Shown: positions 30,053-38,462 of the stretch, piece by piece
Numbering within the stretch: position 1 is the first letter of the stretch
How the letters are laid out: every line of letters starts with the position of its first letter
The notes under the pieces: model-generated
Databases searched by the model: none
Seen by the model: the letters and a program-made list of their open reading frames with translations, nothing else
Told to the model about the DNA's origin: nothing
Made by a program: the position numbers and the translations under genes
DNA from: a phage
Sequence record: PZ445489.1
Strand: one strand, 5' to 3'
DNA length: 64,000 nucleotides

Positions 30053-30370
30053 ATGACTTTTCATATTTTGATTGATGATGTGCGTAATCTTCACGGAATG
30101 GACATTATCATTCGAACCCCAGAAGCCGCTGTCGAGTTTCTGAATAAAACTGATACCACAGGCCACTTCGTTTATATGGATAATGACTTGGCTGTAGATG
30201 GTATGGAAGGTTATCAAATTCTTCGTTTACTCTTAGAATTTGGGCAGAGACCAAAGAAAGTGGTACTAGTAACCTCGAACCCAGTAGCTAAGCAACATAT
30301 GCGTAATGATTTGCTTGACTTAGGGTACAAAGAAAACCCCAATCGTGTTGAATATGATTGGCAGGAGTAA
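30053..30370 (+). CDS. small protein with CheY-like receiver (REC) domain features
   Basis: ILIDD acidic pair, FVYMDNDL..DGMEGYQIL (phospho-acceptor-like Asp), KVVLVTSNP (conserved Thr/Ser), downstream Lys. Confidence 0.45.
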   Translation: MTFHILIDDVRNLHGMDIIIRTPEAAVEFLNKTDTTGHFVYMDNDLAVDGMEGYQILRLLLEFGQRPKKVVLVTSNPVAKQHMRNDLLDLGYKENPNRVEYDWQE

Positions 30371-30375
30371 AAAGA

Positions 30376-30825
30376 ATGAAGGCAGCTTTGCTTTTAGTAG
30401 CTGCCCTTACCTTCAGCTTTAGTAGTCAGGCATCGCACGATGCAAAAGAAATAGATTGCATTGCTAAAAATATCTATTTCGAAAGTCGTGGTGAGGGCAT
30501 AAAGGGAATGACGGCGATTGCACACGTTACTAAAAACCGTGTAAACTCCGGTAAATTCCCAGATTCCTACTGTAAAGTAGTATATCAGTCTAACCAGTTC
30601 TCTTGGGTATCTAAGAGACCAAAAGTTGATAAAACTGATGAGGCTTGGCAAACCGCTAAGAATTTAGCTAGAGTGATATACTACGTTGATTTACCACAAG
30701 ATCCTACACATGGAGCACTATACTTCCATAGTGGTAAAGATAAACCTTACTGGACAAAGAAGTTTAAGAAAACAACTAAGATTAAGGGACATACGTTTTA
30801 TAAACCTGTTGTCACTAAAACTTAA
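30376..30825 (+). CDS. secreted SleB/CwlJ-family cell wall hydrolase-like protein
   Basis: Signal peptide MKAALLLVAALTFSFSSQA; NIYFESRGE...AIAHVTKNR characteristic of SleB-type hydrolase domain. Confidence 0.6.
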   Translation: MKAALLLVAALTFSFSSQASHDAKEIDCIAKNIYFESRGEGIKGMTAIAHVTKNRVNSGKFPDSYCKVVYQSNQFSWVSKRPKVDKTDEAWQTAKNLARVIYYVDLPQDPTHGALYFHSGKDKPYWTKKFKKTTKIKGHTFYKPVVTKT

Positions 30826-30833
30826 AAATTTAC

Positions 30834-30862
30834 TTGCTTAAATACTTAAATTTCCGTATAAT
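30834..30862 (+). promoter_or_regulatory. early-type promoter
   Basis: TTGCTT-17-TATAAT. Confidence 0.55.
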
Positions 30863-30893
30863 ACTTCCATAAATTAATGAGAGGAAGCGAAAT

Positions 30894-31064
30894 ATGAAAT
30901 CAGTTGTAATTATTGGTGTTAACACTCGCGGTATTCGTACTACGAAAATTGTTAAAACTTCTAACGTTGCTGAGATCACTACGAACCCTAAAAAGTTTGA
31001 TTTCGCCAAAGTCTCAGCAGTTATGACAGAACAATCTTTTAACCAAGCGTTAGGAATGAAATAA
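30894..31064 (+). CDS. small hypothetical protein (56 aa, not in ORF track)
   Basis: ATG with GAGAGGAAG RBS directly after promoter. Confidence 0.35.
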   Translation: MKSVVIIGVNTRGIRTTKIVKTSNVAEITTNPKKFDFAKVSAVMTEQSFNQALGMK

Positions 31065-31507
31065 TGGAAGAGAATATTTTAGATGTTTTGCGTAGAGCTT
31101 TGCAGGATTCTAAGTTTAATGGTTCTGATAAAGAAGTCGCTAAAAGCTATCAGACCATAATCGGGGATCTTCAGCGTATTAATAAAGATTTCATCACTTC
31201 TGAACAATTTGTGTCTTATCTCAAAGCTCAACTAAAAAGCATTAACCAGATGAAAGCTAAACTTCATGGTCAAGATCTTGATAGTTATAGCTTGCAGTCC
31301 GCTCAGTATGAGTACATTCTAAATAAGTGGTTGCAGGAGTATCTGCCCCCTCAGTTATCTGATACTGAGATTCGTAAATACTTTGCAGAATTAGTTAAGC
31401 TAAACCCTGGAATTACAAAAGGTATGCTGATGAAAGCGATTAAGGAAGAATTTCCTGGGCGTTATGATGGTGGTACTGCTGCTCAGATTGCTGGTGAATT
31501 TAATTAA
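31064..31507 (+). CDS. GatB/YqeY-domain-like protein
   Basis: C-terminal ...GMLMKAIKEEFPGRYDGGTAAQIAGE resembles YqeY domain. Confidence 0.45.
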   Translation: MEENILDVLRRALQDSKFNGSDKEVAKSYQTIIGDLQRINKDFITSEQFVSYLKAQLKSINQMKAKLHGQDLDSYSLQSAQYEYILNKWLQEYLPPQLSDTEIRKYFAELVKLNPGITKGMLMKAIKEEFPGRYDGGTAAQIAGEFN

Positions 31508-31515
31508 AAATTTAT

Positions 31516-31544
31516 TTGCTAAATGCTTATAAATTCTGTATAAT
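31516..31544 (+). promoter_or_regulatory. early-type promoter driving ORF-free region
   Basis: TTGCTA-17-TATAAT. Confidence 0.55.
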
Positions 31545-32356
31545 ATATTCATAAATTAGAGAACAGCGAGCCGATTACGCTGAACTTGTCTTAATGTAAG
31601 ATGCGTCGAGCACTAAGATTCGTTGAATAGAGTCGGTAGGTTAGTTGTAAAACTAGTACACAGGGGGCGGCAATCCCGGTTAGTGGCTAGAACGTGTAAA
31701 ATGAGGCGTCTGAAACCTCTCCCCTAAACTCTTCTCTAATTTATAAATAGTGGGGTGTGGAAATCACTTATGTAGTAACACTGCCGTCCTAGTATAATTG
31801 GTATTATCAAGCCGTAACTGGTGGAAGATATAGATTCGAATCCTACGGTCGGTAAGAACTGGATAACTGATGCTTTTAACGTAAAAGCTTCCGAGGTTAG
31901 TTGCGCACTGCCTAAACCACGCGGTAGTTGGTTCCAGGCTAACCAACCAGTCTGCTGAATAGTTTTATTACGATTTAACTATGTCCAGGCTAAAGAAGAA
32001 CTTTAGAAGGTATTCTAGGATAGTGAAGTTTTTTCTCCATATCGGAGTAGTTTTTCAAGCTATCCACAAAGTGGGAAATGCTGACATGAGAGATGTCACT
32101 AATGGTGCACAATAGCACAGGTAATTCGCGATAACTCCTGTTGAGTAGCAGCAAAAGGCGGGAAGTCATGACCCCAAGCCTAACCGAGTCCTCAATATAC
32201 CGCAGGACATAACCACTAAGTCACCCTGACTTAAACTGGAAAATAATAGACGTTACTGTATTTTGTCTTGAAATACTTAATGAGTGAGACTTATGACTCT
32301 CCCGGTATCGTCTGTATTTTTAAGAGTTTTTACGAGAGTTCTTAAAAATATTTAAA

Positions 32357-32431
32357 CGGGGTGTAGTCTAAGGGAGAGGCAGGAGTCTTCTAAATTCCTT
32401 TATGCAGGTTCGAATCCTGTCACCTCGGCCA
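32357..32431 (+). tRNA. tRNA-Arg (anticodon UCU)
   Basis: Acceptor CGGGGTG/CACCTCG, anticodon stem GGAGU/AUUCC loop CUUCUAA, T-arm GCAGG-TTCGAAT-CCTGT, encoded CCA. Confidence 0.7.
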
Positions 32432-32465
32432 ATTTTATTAACTGTAACTAAAACAAAGGAAATAT

Positions 32466-33413
32466 ATGTTTAATACTAAAAATATGAAAGAACTGACTTC
32501 TGAGCAGAAAGTAATTCGTACTATTAAACGTTGGGGTATTGGTGCTGTAGTTGGTTTAGCAGGCTTGATTCTAGCCTTTAATTCATATACTATTGTTTCT
32601 GATGGTACGGTTAAAACCCAAACATTTCTGGGTAAAGTAGATCCTAACCCAGTATTACCAGGTTTCCATCTTGTAAACCCATTTGCATCTTTCGACACTT
32701 TTAGTACAAAAGATATTGCTGTAAAATTAGATAAACTTCAGGTTCCTAGCCAGGATAAGTTTAAATCCACTGTTGACCTGACTGTTATGTTGCAGTTTGA
32801 TGGTTCTAAGGCACCAATTAACCGTATTAACGCAGGTACTCAGGATCAAGCGTTAGACAAATATGTAACTGAAAAATTACTGTCTACTATTCGTGAGTTT
32901 GGTAAGTCTGTACCTAAAGCACAAGATTTGTTTGATGCTAAAATTCAGGCTCAATTGCAAACTGCAATTCAACAGGAAGTTGAAGAGTATGCACGCCCAT
33001 ATGGTTACACAGTTAAGCAGGTATTCCTTCAGGATATTACTTTGCCACCGGTAATCATGGAACAGGTACAGAATACCAAAGTTCGTGAAGAACAGGTTAA
33101 TGCTGCTAAAGCTGAATTAGCTCGTGTTGAACAGGAAGCACAGCAAAAAGTTAAACAAGCAGAAGCAGATCGTGAAGCTCGCAACAACCAAGCTATCGCT
33201 AATGAACGTGACGCAGATGCTAAACTGTACGCAGCTAAGAAAGAAGCTGAAGCTAACGCCGCACTGCAACGTACCATTACTCCTGAGATGATTCGTTGGA
33301 AACAACTGGAAGTCGAAATGATTCGTGCTCAGAAATATCAAGGTGGTGTACCACAGACTGTGGTAGGTACTGGCTACGATGGTCAAATGATCATGGATAT
33401 GCGTAATAAATAA
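32466..33413 (+). CDS. SPFH/band-7 (prohibitin/HflK-like) membrane protein
   Basis: N-terminal TM segment, SPFH-like core, C-terminal Ala/Glu/Gln-rich coiled coil. Confidence 0.6.
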   Translation: MFNTKNMKELTSEQKVIRTIKRWGIGAVVGLAGLILAFNSYTIVSDGTVKTQTFLGKVDPNPVLPGFHLVNPFASFDTFSTKDIAVKLDKLQVPSQDKFKSTVDLTVMLQFDGSKAPINRINAGTQDQALDKYVTEKLLSTIREFGKSVPKAQDLFDAKIQAQLQTAIQQEVEEYARPYGYTVKQVFLQDITLPPVIMEQVQNTKVREEQVNAAKAELARVEQEAQQKVKQAEADREARNNQAIANERDADAKLYAAKKEAEANAALQRTITPEMIRWKQLEVEMIRAQKYQGGVPQTVVGTGYDGQMIMDMRNK

Positions 33414-33437
33414 TATCCGCATGTAACATCTGAAGTA

Positions 33438-33476
33438 AGCCCTGCGTTCCCTGGAGAGCGCAGGGCTTTTCTTTTA
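33438..33476 (+). terminator. rho-independent terminator
   Basis: AGCCCTGCG...CGCAGGGCT hairpin + TTTTCTTTT. Confidence 0.6.
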
Positions 33477-33486
33477 TCTTAAATAC

Positions 33487-33526
33487 AGAAAAGCCCCTAA
33501 GTCTTTCGACTAGGGGCTTTATTGTT
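33487..33526. terminator. bidirectional rho-independent terminator
   Basis: AAAAGCCCCTAAGTCTTTCGACTAGGGGCTTTATTGTTT: GC stem flanked by A-run and T-run. Confidence 0.6.
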
Positions 33527-33737
33527 TGGTTCTTCAGAACCACACTCTCGGTGTACAGCAACCACCCATACGGGAGGCCAATCTTGACTGAAAATCTACT
33601 CTAGGGGGCAGGATAAGAGTAGGCTTAAAGGCAAAGGGATTGAACGCCGGTATTTGTGTAAACATTGCTGGAGAGCAACAACGTGCTACAGGCATTGGGC
33701 AGCACGAAACAGGTTTTCTGCAACACATAATTTCTCC

Positions 33738-34154
33738 TTAGGAGTTATTACCACCATTTTGAGCTTTTGCAACTTGGCTTTGGCAGAAGCTATTAAACTT
33801 ACCCATAAGTGATACAAGCTGCTTCCCATCCTCTGTCTTTGCGAAGTCTTCGAAAAGGGCTAGTACTGCCTGTCCTTCCGCAGAAACCTGCGGTTGTTGG
33901 GTTTGCTGCTGAACTTGCTGCTGCGGCATCTGTTGTTGCATTTGTTGAGGCATTTGCGACTGCCCGCTCATTTGCTGCATCATTTGCATAGGACTCACAC
34001 TTCCAGGGTTTTGCTGGAGTTGTTGTTGCATCTGTTGCGCTTCTGCTAAACGCTGTTGCAATTGTTGTAAGTAGGGGTTATCCAGACCCGGAATGGGCTG
34101 CTGGGAGCCCATACTTTGATTAAGTCCGTTATTTACAAAACCATATTTACTCAT
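33738..34154 (-). CDS. glutamine-rich low-complexity protein (138 aa)
   Basis: ORF; long Q/M/P runs. Confidence 0.5.
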   Translation of the reverse strand: MSKYGFVNNGLNQSMGSQQPIPGLDNPYLQQLQQRLAEAQQMQQQLQQNPGSVSPMQMMQQMSGQSQMPQQMQQQMPQQQVQQQTQQPQVSAEGQAVLALFEDFAKTEDGKQLVSLMGKFNSFCQSQVAKAQNGGNNS

Positions 34155-34175
34155 AATGGGCTCCTCCCCTTAATA

Positions 34176-35158
34176 TTAAGCCGGCAGTTTAGCCTGCAGA
34201 CCAGCCAGAGTCTGAGTGATAGCACCAAGACTTACAGCGATTTGATTAATTACCTGACCGTTAGCACCGTTACCCGCAGCGATTGCTTCACGTAGGCGAC
34301 ATGCATCTAACTCATCCTGAATACGAGCAGTAGTTACACCAGCGATAGCAGTCTGAAGTTCACAGCAACATTCAGCGATCTGACGTTCCAGAGAGTTCTG
34401 GTTAGCACACATCTGAGCCTGAACAGCGGCAAACTGGTTATTAGTTTGTAAAGTCTGCTGGAAAGCGATCTGTGCAGAATCAAACTTATCTTGTGCACGA
34501 GCTATCTGATTAGCTGCGAAAGATTGATCAATCTGGCGAGAAAGATCGAACTGACCCTGAATAACGTTGCGAGTTTCCTGACAGATCTGATTAGACAGAT
34601 TAGCACCTGTACCATAGATCGTAGTTAGTACAGACTGAGTATCACGGCTCTGGTTTTGGGATGTCTGGCTAAACCCATTGTTAACTGCGCTTAAAACAGC
34701 TCCAGTACCCTGGTTAGCTTCTGTACGAGTAGTGTTAATAGCTGCTAGAATACTAGCGGTATCTTGGTTCTGAAGTACTGCATCAACTGCGGTACCATCA
34801 CCAACTACACCACGTCCACCGAATCCACCGAAACCACCGAATCCGCCTGTTAATAGAGCACCGATTAGGATAGCTCCGAATAGTCCCATACCTTCACCAC
34901 CGAAAGCACCTGCGTTTGCTGGGTAACCACCCAGTAGGCCAGGGAAGCCACTAGTAAATACGTTTACTGGTTCTTGCATTTTATGTTTTCCATATTTATG
35001 ACAATGTTCATCGTCATCTTCTTCATCATCGTGTTCACGATGTTTTTCTTCGTAGGCTCTGACCTTCTCCCACTTTTTCTTATCTGATTCCTCGTGACGG
35101 TGCAGTTCTGCTGCAACGCTAGCGACGGTCTCAGGACTCTTAGCTACTTCTTCTGTCA
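34176..35158 (-). CDS. glycine-zipper membrane protein with His/acidic N-terminus and Q/N/A-rich C-terminal region
   Basis: AGGAGGTG RBS then ATG at 35158-35156; GLFGAILIGALLTGGFGGFGGFGG segment. Confidence 0.5.
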
Positions 35159-35365
35159 TTTTTGACACCTCCTAGTATATAGAAAATGTGTGTCTCTTTG
35201 ATCACTCATCCATAACATATACTTTACACTACCCCAGCGAAAATGTCAAGGGGTCTTTAAAAATTGCCCCTGAATTTTTAGTGGGGTCACAAATTTTGGT
35301 CCTCACCACTTATCTGCTATCCTTAAGTGCCCTATGATTTTCCTCTAAAAAGTTAAAAAATTTGA

Positions 35366-35394
35366 TTGCTTGAATGCTAAATTCTCTGTATAAT
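35366..35394 (+). promoter_or_regulatory. early-type promoter
   Basis: AAAAATTTGATTGCTT-17-TATAAT + ATATCTATAAATTTGAAAGAGG. Confidence 0.55.
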
Positions 35395-35424
35395 ATATCT
35401 ATAAATTTGAAAGAGGAACCAAAT

Positions 35425-35943
35425 ATGAATGTTGATGAGCTAACACAGCACCTCTTATCTAGAGGATTTGATACAGATAAATATCATTGCTGGTTAAGTC
35501 CGGAAGGATGGCTAACAGTCCCGTTGTATGACTTCTCTGGGATGTTGAGGGGCTATCAAACTTATAATCCTTCTGCTCCAAAAGGTCATGGTAAGTGCCC
35601 CTTTGAAGCTAAATACTTTACTTATTCTACTACCCAGTGTGTATGGGGACTAGAAACTCTCAATGGAGATGAAAAAGTAGTATTGATTGCTGAATCTGTA
35701 TTTAAGGCAGTTGCGTTACATAATGCTGGTTATCCAGCCCTAGCAATGTTGGGTTCTTCTCCAGGAAAAGCGTTATTAAAGCAACTGAAATTACTACCTT
35801 TTAAATTGGTAGCTGTCGGAGATAATGATCCTGCGGGTGAAAAATTTGCTAGAAAATTAAACGGCTTTGTTTCTCCCGTAGATGTGGATGAGATGTCTAC
35901 CGAAAACTTGAAAAATTTTCTTGCTATGAAGCTAAATTTCTAA
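35425..35943 (+). CDS. standalone Toprim-domain protein
   Basis: VVLIAESVFKAV (Toprim Glu) and LVAVGDNDPAGEKFA (DxD) motifs; ATG 35425 with GAAAGAGGAA RBS. Confidence 0.55.
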   Translation: MNVDELTQHLLSRGFDTDKYHCWLSPEGWLTVPLYDFSGMLRGYQTYNPSAPKGHGKCPFEAKYFTYSTTQCVWGLETLNGDEKVVLIAESVFKAVALHNAGYPALAMLGSSPGKALLKQLKLLPFKLVAVGDNDPAGEKFARKLNGFVSPVDVDEMSTENLKNFLAMKLNF

Positions 35944-35964
35944 TATAATATATCTTATAAATTC

Positions 35965-36053
35965 GGAAGAATAGCATAACGGTATTGCAGCAGATTGCTA
36001 ATCTGTCGGTTTGAAATATAGCCTTGTGGGTTCGATTCCCGCTTCTTCCGCCA
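35965..36053 (+). tRNA. tRNA-Ser (GCU), type II
   Basis: Acceptor GGAAGAA/TTCTTCC, anticodon loop TTGCTAA, long variable arm, T-arm GTGGG-TTCGATT-CCCGC, CCA. Confidence 0.75.
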
Positions 36054-36059
36054 AATTCT

Positions 36060-36137
36060 GGTTCTCAAGCTCATATGGTATGAGCACCCGGCTCATAACC
36101 GGAAGGTACGTAGGTTCGAATCCTCGGGGAGCCACCA
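36060..36137 (+). tRNA. tRNA-like, anticodon CAU (Met/Ile2), imperfect T stem
   Basis: Acceptor GGTTCTC/GGGAGCC (2 GU), D stem GCTC/GAGC, anticodon loop CTCATAA, T loop TTCGAAT with 2 mismatches in stem. Confidence 0.45.
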
Positions 36138-36156
36138 AATTAAATAGAGGTCACAA

Positions 36157-36345
36157 ATGGATCTATATATAGTTTATGTTGTGTTTATCCAAGATAGAGA
36201 ATACCCGGATGAATATAAAAAAGGATATAGGTTAGCCAGAGCTACCTCTGAAGCCCAAGCTATGGATAAAGTGGCAGATTATATGATTACGGTAGAAAAC
36301 ATACACTATATCGACTACCTTGAAGCCTCAAAAGTAATTGACTAA
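36157..36345 (+). CDS. hypothetical protein (62 aa)
   Basis: ORF. Confidence 0.4.
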   Translation: MDLYIVYVVFIQDREYPDEYKKGYRLARATSEAQAMDKVADYMITVENIHYIDYLEASKVID

Positions 36346-36354
36346 GGAGACTAT

Positions 36355-36540
36355 ATGTCTAAGTTTCAAGAACTCAAGCAAGAGCTAGAAGAATGTGCCT
36401 GCCCTGAGTGTAGAGGAATTGGTGAAAGTTCTGATGCAGAAGCAGGAGATACTTTTTGCAATATCTGGGTTTGCCCAAATTGCAATGGTACAGGTATTAA
36501 TCCTAACTGTGGTATTTCCCTAGATATTGAACGAGGATAA
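36355..36540 (+). CDS. small zinc-ribbon protein (61 aa)
   Basis: CACPEC...CPNCNG. Confidence 0.45.
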   Translation: MSKFQELKQELEECACPECRGIGESSDAEAGDTFCNIWVCPNCNGTGINPNCGISLDIERG

Positions 36541-36641
36541 TACCTGTAAAACTAAAAGATTATTATATTGGTTGGTTTGTGGGACTAGTAGTAGGATTTT
36601 CACTAGGCTATAATATGTATCAACTAATAAACTGATTACAC

Positions 36642-36718
36642 GGGGGTGTAATCGAATTGGCATAGGTACTGGACTTAAAATTCAGGTTTTGTGGGTTCGA
36701 ATCCCACCACCCCTACCA
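36642..36718 (+). tRNA. tRNA-like, anticodon UAA (Leu-type anticodon on short-variable-arm scaffold), atypical D arm
   Basis: Acceptor GGGGGTG/CACCCCT, anticodon stem CTGGA/TTCAG loop CTTAAAA, T-arm GTGGG-TTCGAAT-CCCAC, disc A, CCA. Confidence 0.5.
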
Positions 36719-36893
36719 AACTAAGGAAATAAGATGTATAGACATCCACCTCCGCCAACACGTCGTTCTAGAGAAGTTATCCTCATGGAATTGACTAAAA
36801 ACTTCAAGGCAACTCTTGAAGATAGAGATCTAGGTACAGATGAAGACGTTGATTTCATTTGTAAACTATTAAAAATGAAGCTGGAGAAACATC

Positions 36894-37100
36894 ATGGCTA
36901 ACCGTGAAATTACTATGCAACGAATCATGACTAAAGGCATGATAGCCGAGGCAGGTATTGAACAAGAAGTAAAAGGCTATTACGAACAGATTAAGACTAT
37001 TATAGACTCTGCTAAAAACACCGGAGAAAAAGAACACGGTGCAGCAATTATGGCTATAACTCTTATTAGCCTAGACTTAGCTGAAGAATCTGGAGTTTAG
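36894..37100 (+). CDS. hypothetical protein (68 aa)
   Basis: ORF. Confidence 0.4.
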   Translation: MANREITMQRIMTKGMIAEAGIEQEVKGYYEQIKTIIDSAKNTGEKEHGAAIMAITLISLDLAEESGV

Positions 37101-37130
37101 CTCCTCCAAACAGAATTTTTAAAAATGTAC

Positions 37131-37160
37131 TTGCCTTTTGCTTTAAATTTCTGATATAAT
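37131..37160 (+). promoter_or_regulatory. early-type promoter
   Basis: TTGCCT-18-TATAAT. Confidence 0.5.
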
Positions 37161-37190
37161 AGTTGTATAAATTGATGAAGGAGTTAACGA

Positions 37191-37466
37191 ATGCAAAATC
37201 GTGTTGTAGCAACTGGTATTGAAAGTGCAATCTGCAAATCCTGGGAAGACTGGGAAGGTGAGATTGAGTGGCTCTATCTCTATAACGTAGATCTTCTACC
37301 GGAGGTTAAAGCTAAATGTATTGAAGCTGGCATGGCTCCAGATGCAAAAGCTGATATTGATATTTCAATGTCTGAACTTAAAGGTCGTGTAATTACTGTT
37401 AGTGATGAGGGCGAAGAAGTTTTCGAACTTCCGTTCTCCTTAACTGTCACTCCTAAGTTCGACTAA
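37191..37466 (+). CDS. hypothetical protein (91 aa)
   Basis: ORF with promoter and GAAGGAG RBS. Confidence 0.45.
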   Translation: MQNRVVATGIESAICKSWEDWEGEIEWLYLYNVDLLPEVKAKCIEAGMAPDAKADIDISMSELKGRVITVSDEGEEVFELPFSLTVTPKFD

Positions 37467-37503
37467 CTAATACAGCACTGAGCAAGTTCTTTAAAATTTG
37501 ACT

Positions 37504-37531
37504 TGCTCAGTGCCTTAAAACTTGGTATAAT
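37504..37531 (+). promoter_or_regulatory. early-type promoter driving tRNA sub-cluster
   Basis: TTGCTC-16-TATAAT. Confidence 0.5.
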
Positions 37532-37596
37532 ATTTACCTAATTTGGAAACATATTTAAAAGTGTTTAAATGAGAATTTTTGAATACTTCTAAATAT

Positions 37597-37687
37597 GTTG
37601 GATTAGTATCGTAGAGGTAGCGAAGCAGACTGTAAATCTGCCGACTCGGAAGGGTCTCGGGTGGTTCGACTCCATCATCCAACACCA
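37597..37687 (+). tRNA. tRNA-Tyr (GUA), type II
   Basis: Acceptor GTTGGAT/ATCCAAC, anticodon stem GCAGA/TCTGC loop CTGTAAA, long variable arm, T-arm GGTGG-TTCGACT-CCATC, CCA. Confidence 0.75.
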
Positions 37688-37694
37688 AATTTAA

Positions 37695-37771
37695 GTCCTG
37701 TTAGACAAACTGGTAAAGTCACTACCCTTTCAAGGTAGGATTTGCGGGTTCGATCCCCGCACAGGACGCCA
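37695..37771 (+). tRNA. tRNA-Glu (UUC)
   Basis: Acceptor GTCCTGT/ACAGGAC, anticodon stem CTACC/GGTAG loop CTTTCAA, T-arm GCGGG-TTCGATC-CCCGC, CCA. Confidence 0.75.
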
Positions 37772-37779
37772 ATTTCTGC

Positions 37780-37856
37780 ATTCCTAGAGTGTTACTGGAC
37801 AGCATGTCGGTCTCCAAAACCGTACGGTCTAGGTTCGAGTCCTAGTAGGTTTGCCA
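37780..37856 (+). tRNA. tRNA-like, anticodon CCA (Trp), acceptor stem with mismatches
   Basis: Anticodon loop CTCCAAA, T-arm CTAGG-TTCGAGT-CCTAG, 3' GCCA; acceptor pairing imperfect. Confidence 0.5.
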
Positions 37857-37862
37857 AAATTT

Positions 37863-37937
37863 GCACCTTTAGCTGAGATGGATTAGCGCTTGCCTGAAGA
37901 GCTTGAGAGGTTCGTTCGATACGAACAGGGTGCACCA
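37863..37937 (+). tRNA. tRNA-like, anticodon uncertain (possibly GAA, Phe)
   Basis: Acceptor GCACCTT/AGGGTGC, T-arm GTTCG-TTCGATA-CGAAC, CCA; anticodon stem poorly paired. Confidence 0.45.
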
Positions 37938-37954
37938 AATTGAAGGAGCTGCTG

Positions 37955-38227
37955 ATGCATCCTGAAAACTTCTTTATTTACTGCGCTGATAAGTCGCTAA
38001 AACGTAGAATTAACAAAGTCTACCATTATCGTGCTAGTCAACAGCCTTATGTATATGCTTTTGACGGTGATCACATTCCATTAGAACAATTATCTTGTGA
38101 TTACATGATATTAAAGAACTTTGACGAGACGAAGATCTCAAGCGTTCACAATCGGCAGAATCCATTAACGTGGAAATATAAGAAGAAAAAGAAAGGCATC
38201 AAATTCTTAAAAAATATAGTTGCTTAG
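37955..38227 (+). CDS. hypothetical protein (90 aa)
   Basis: ATG 37955 after AAGGAG. Confidence 0.45.
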   Translation: MHPENFFIYCADKSLKRRINKVYHYRASQQPYVYAFDGDHIPLEQLSCDYMILKNFDETKISSVHNRQNPLTWKYKKKKKGIKFLKNIVA

Positions 38228-38248
38228 TTTCCAAAAGTTCTGTATAAT
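38220..38248 (+). promoter_or_regulatory. early-type promoter
   Basis: TTGCTT-17-TATAAT. Confidence 0.55.
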
Positions 38249-38296
38249 AATTACATAAATTGAACTGGAGAAGCAACATGACAGAACAAGATAAAC

Positions 38297-38372
38297 CGAC
38301 CGTTGGCTGAATGGCTTAGGCGAAGGATTGCAAATCCTTTTTATGTGAGTTCAAATCTCATGCGGTCGTCCA
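38297..38372 (+). tRNA. tRNA-Cys (GCA)
   Basis: Acceptor CGACCGT/GCGGTCG, anticodon stem AAGGA/TCCTT loop TTGCAAA, T-arm GTGAG-TTCAAAT-CTCAT, CCA. Confidence 0.7.
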
Positions 38373-38379
38373 AATTTTA

Positions 38380-38462
38380 GGGTCGTTAGCCAAGCGGTTT
38401 GGCGGTGGACTGTTAATCCATGTCGAAAGACAACGTAGGTTCGAATCCTACACGGCCCGCCA
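38380..38462 (+). tRNA. tRNA-Asn (GUU) with extended variable region
   Basis: Acceptor GGGTCGT/ACGGCCC, anticodon loop CTGTTAA, T-arm GTAGG-TTCGAAT-CCTAC, CCA. Confidence 0.6.

Noticed and set aside
33534-33728. ORF 33534..33728 (-), Cys/Pro-rich 64 aa
   Set aside because: Lies in the 3' UTR between stop codon and terminator; odd composition, no RBS; more likely noncoding
38270-38302. 10-codon ORF ATGACAGAACAAGATAAACCGACCGTTGGCTGA after promoter
   Set aside because: Too short and overlaps tRNA-Cys 5' end; probably just tRNA leader
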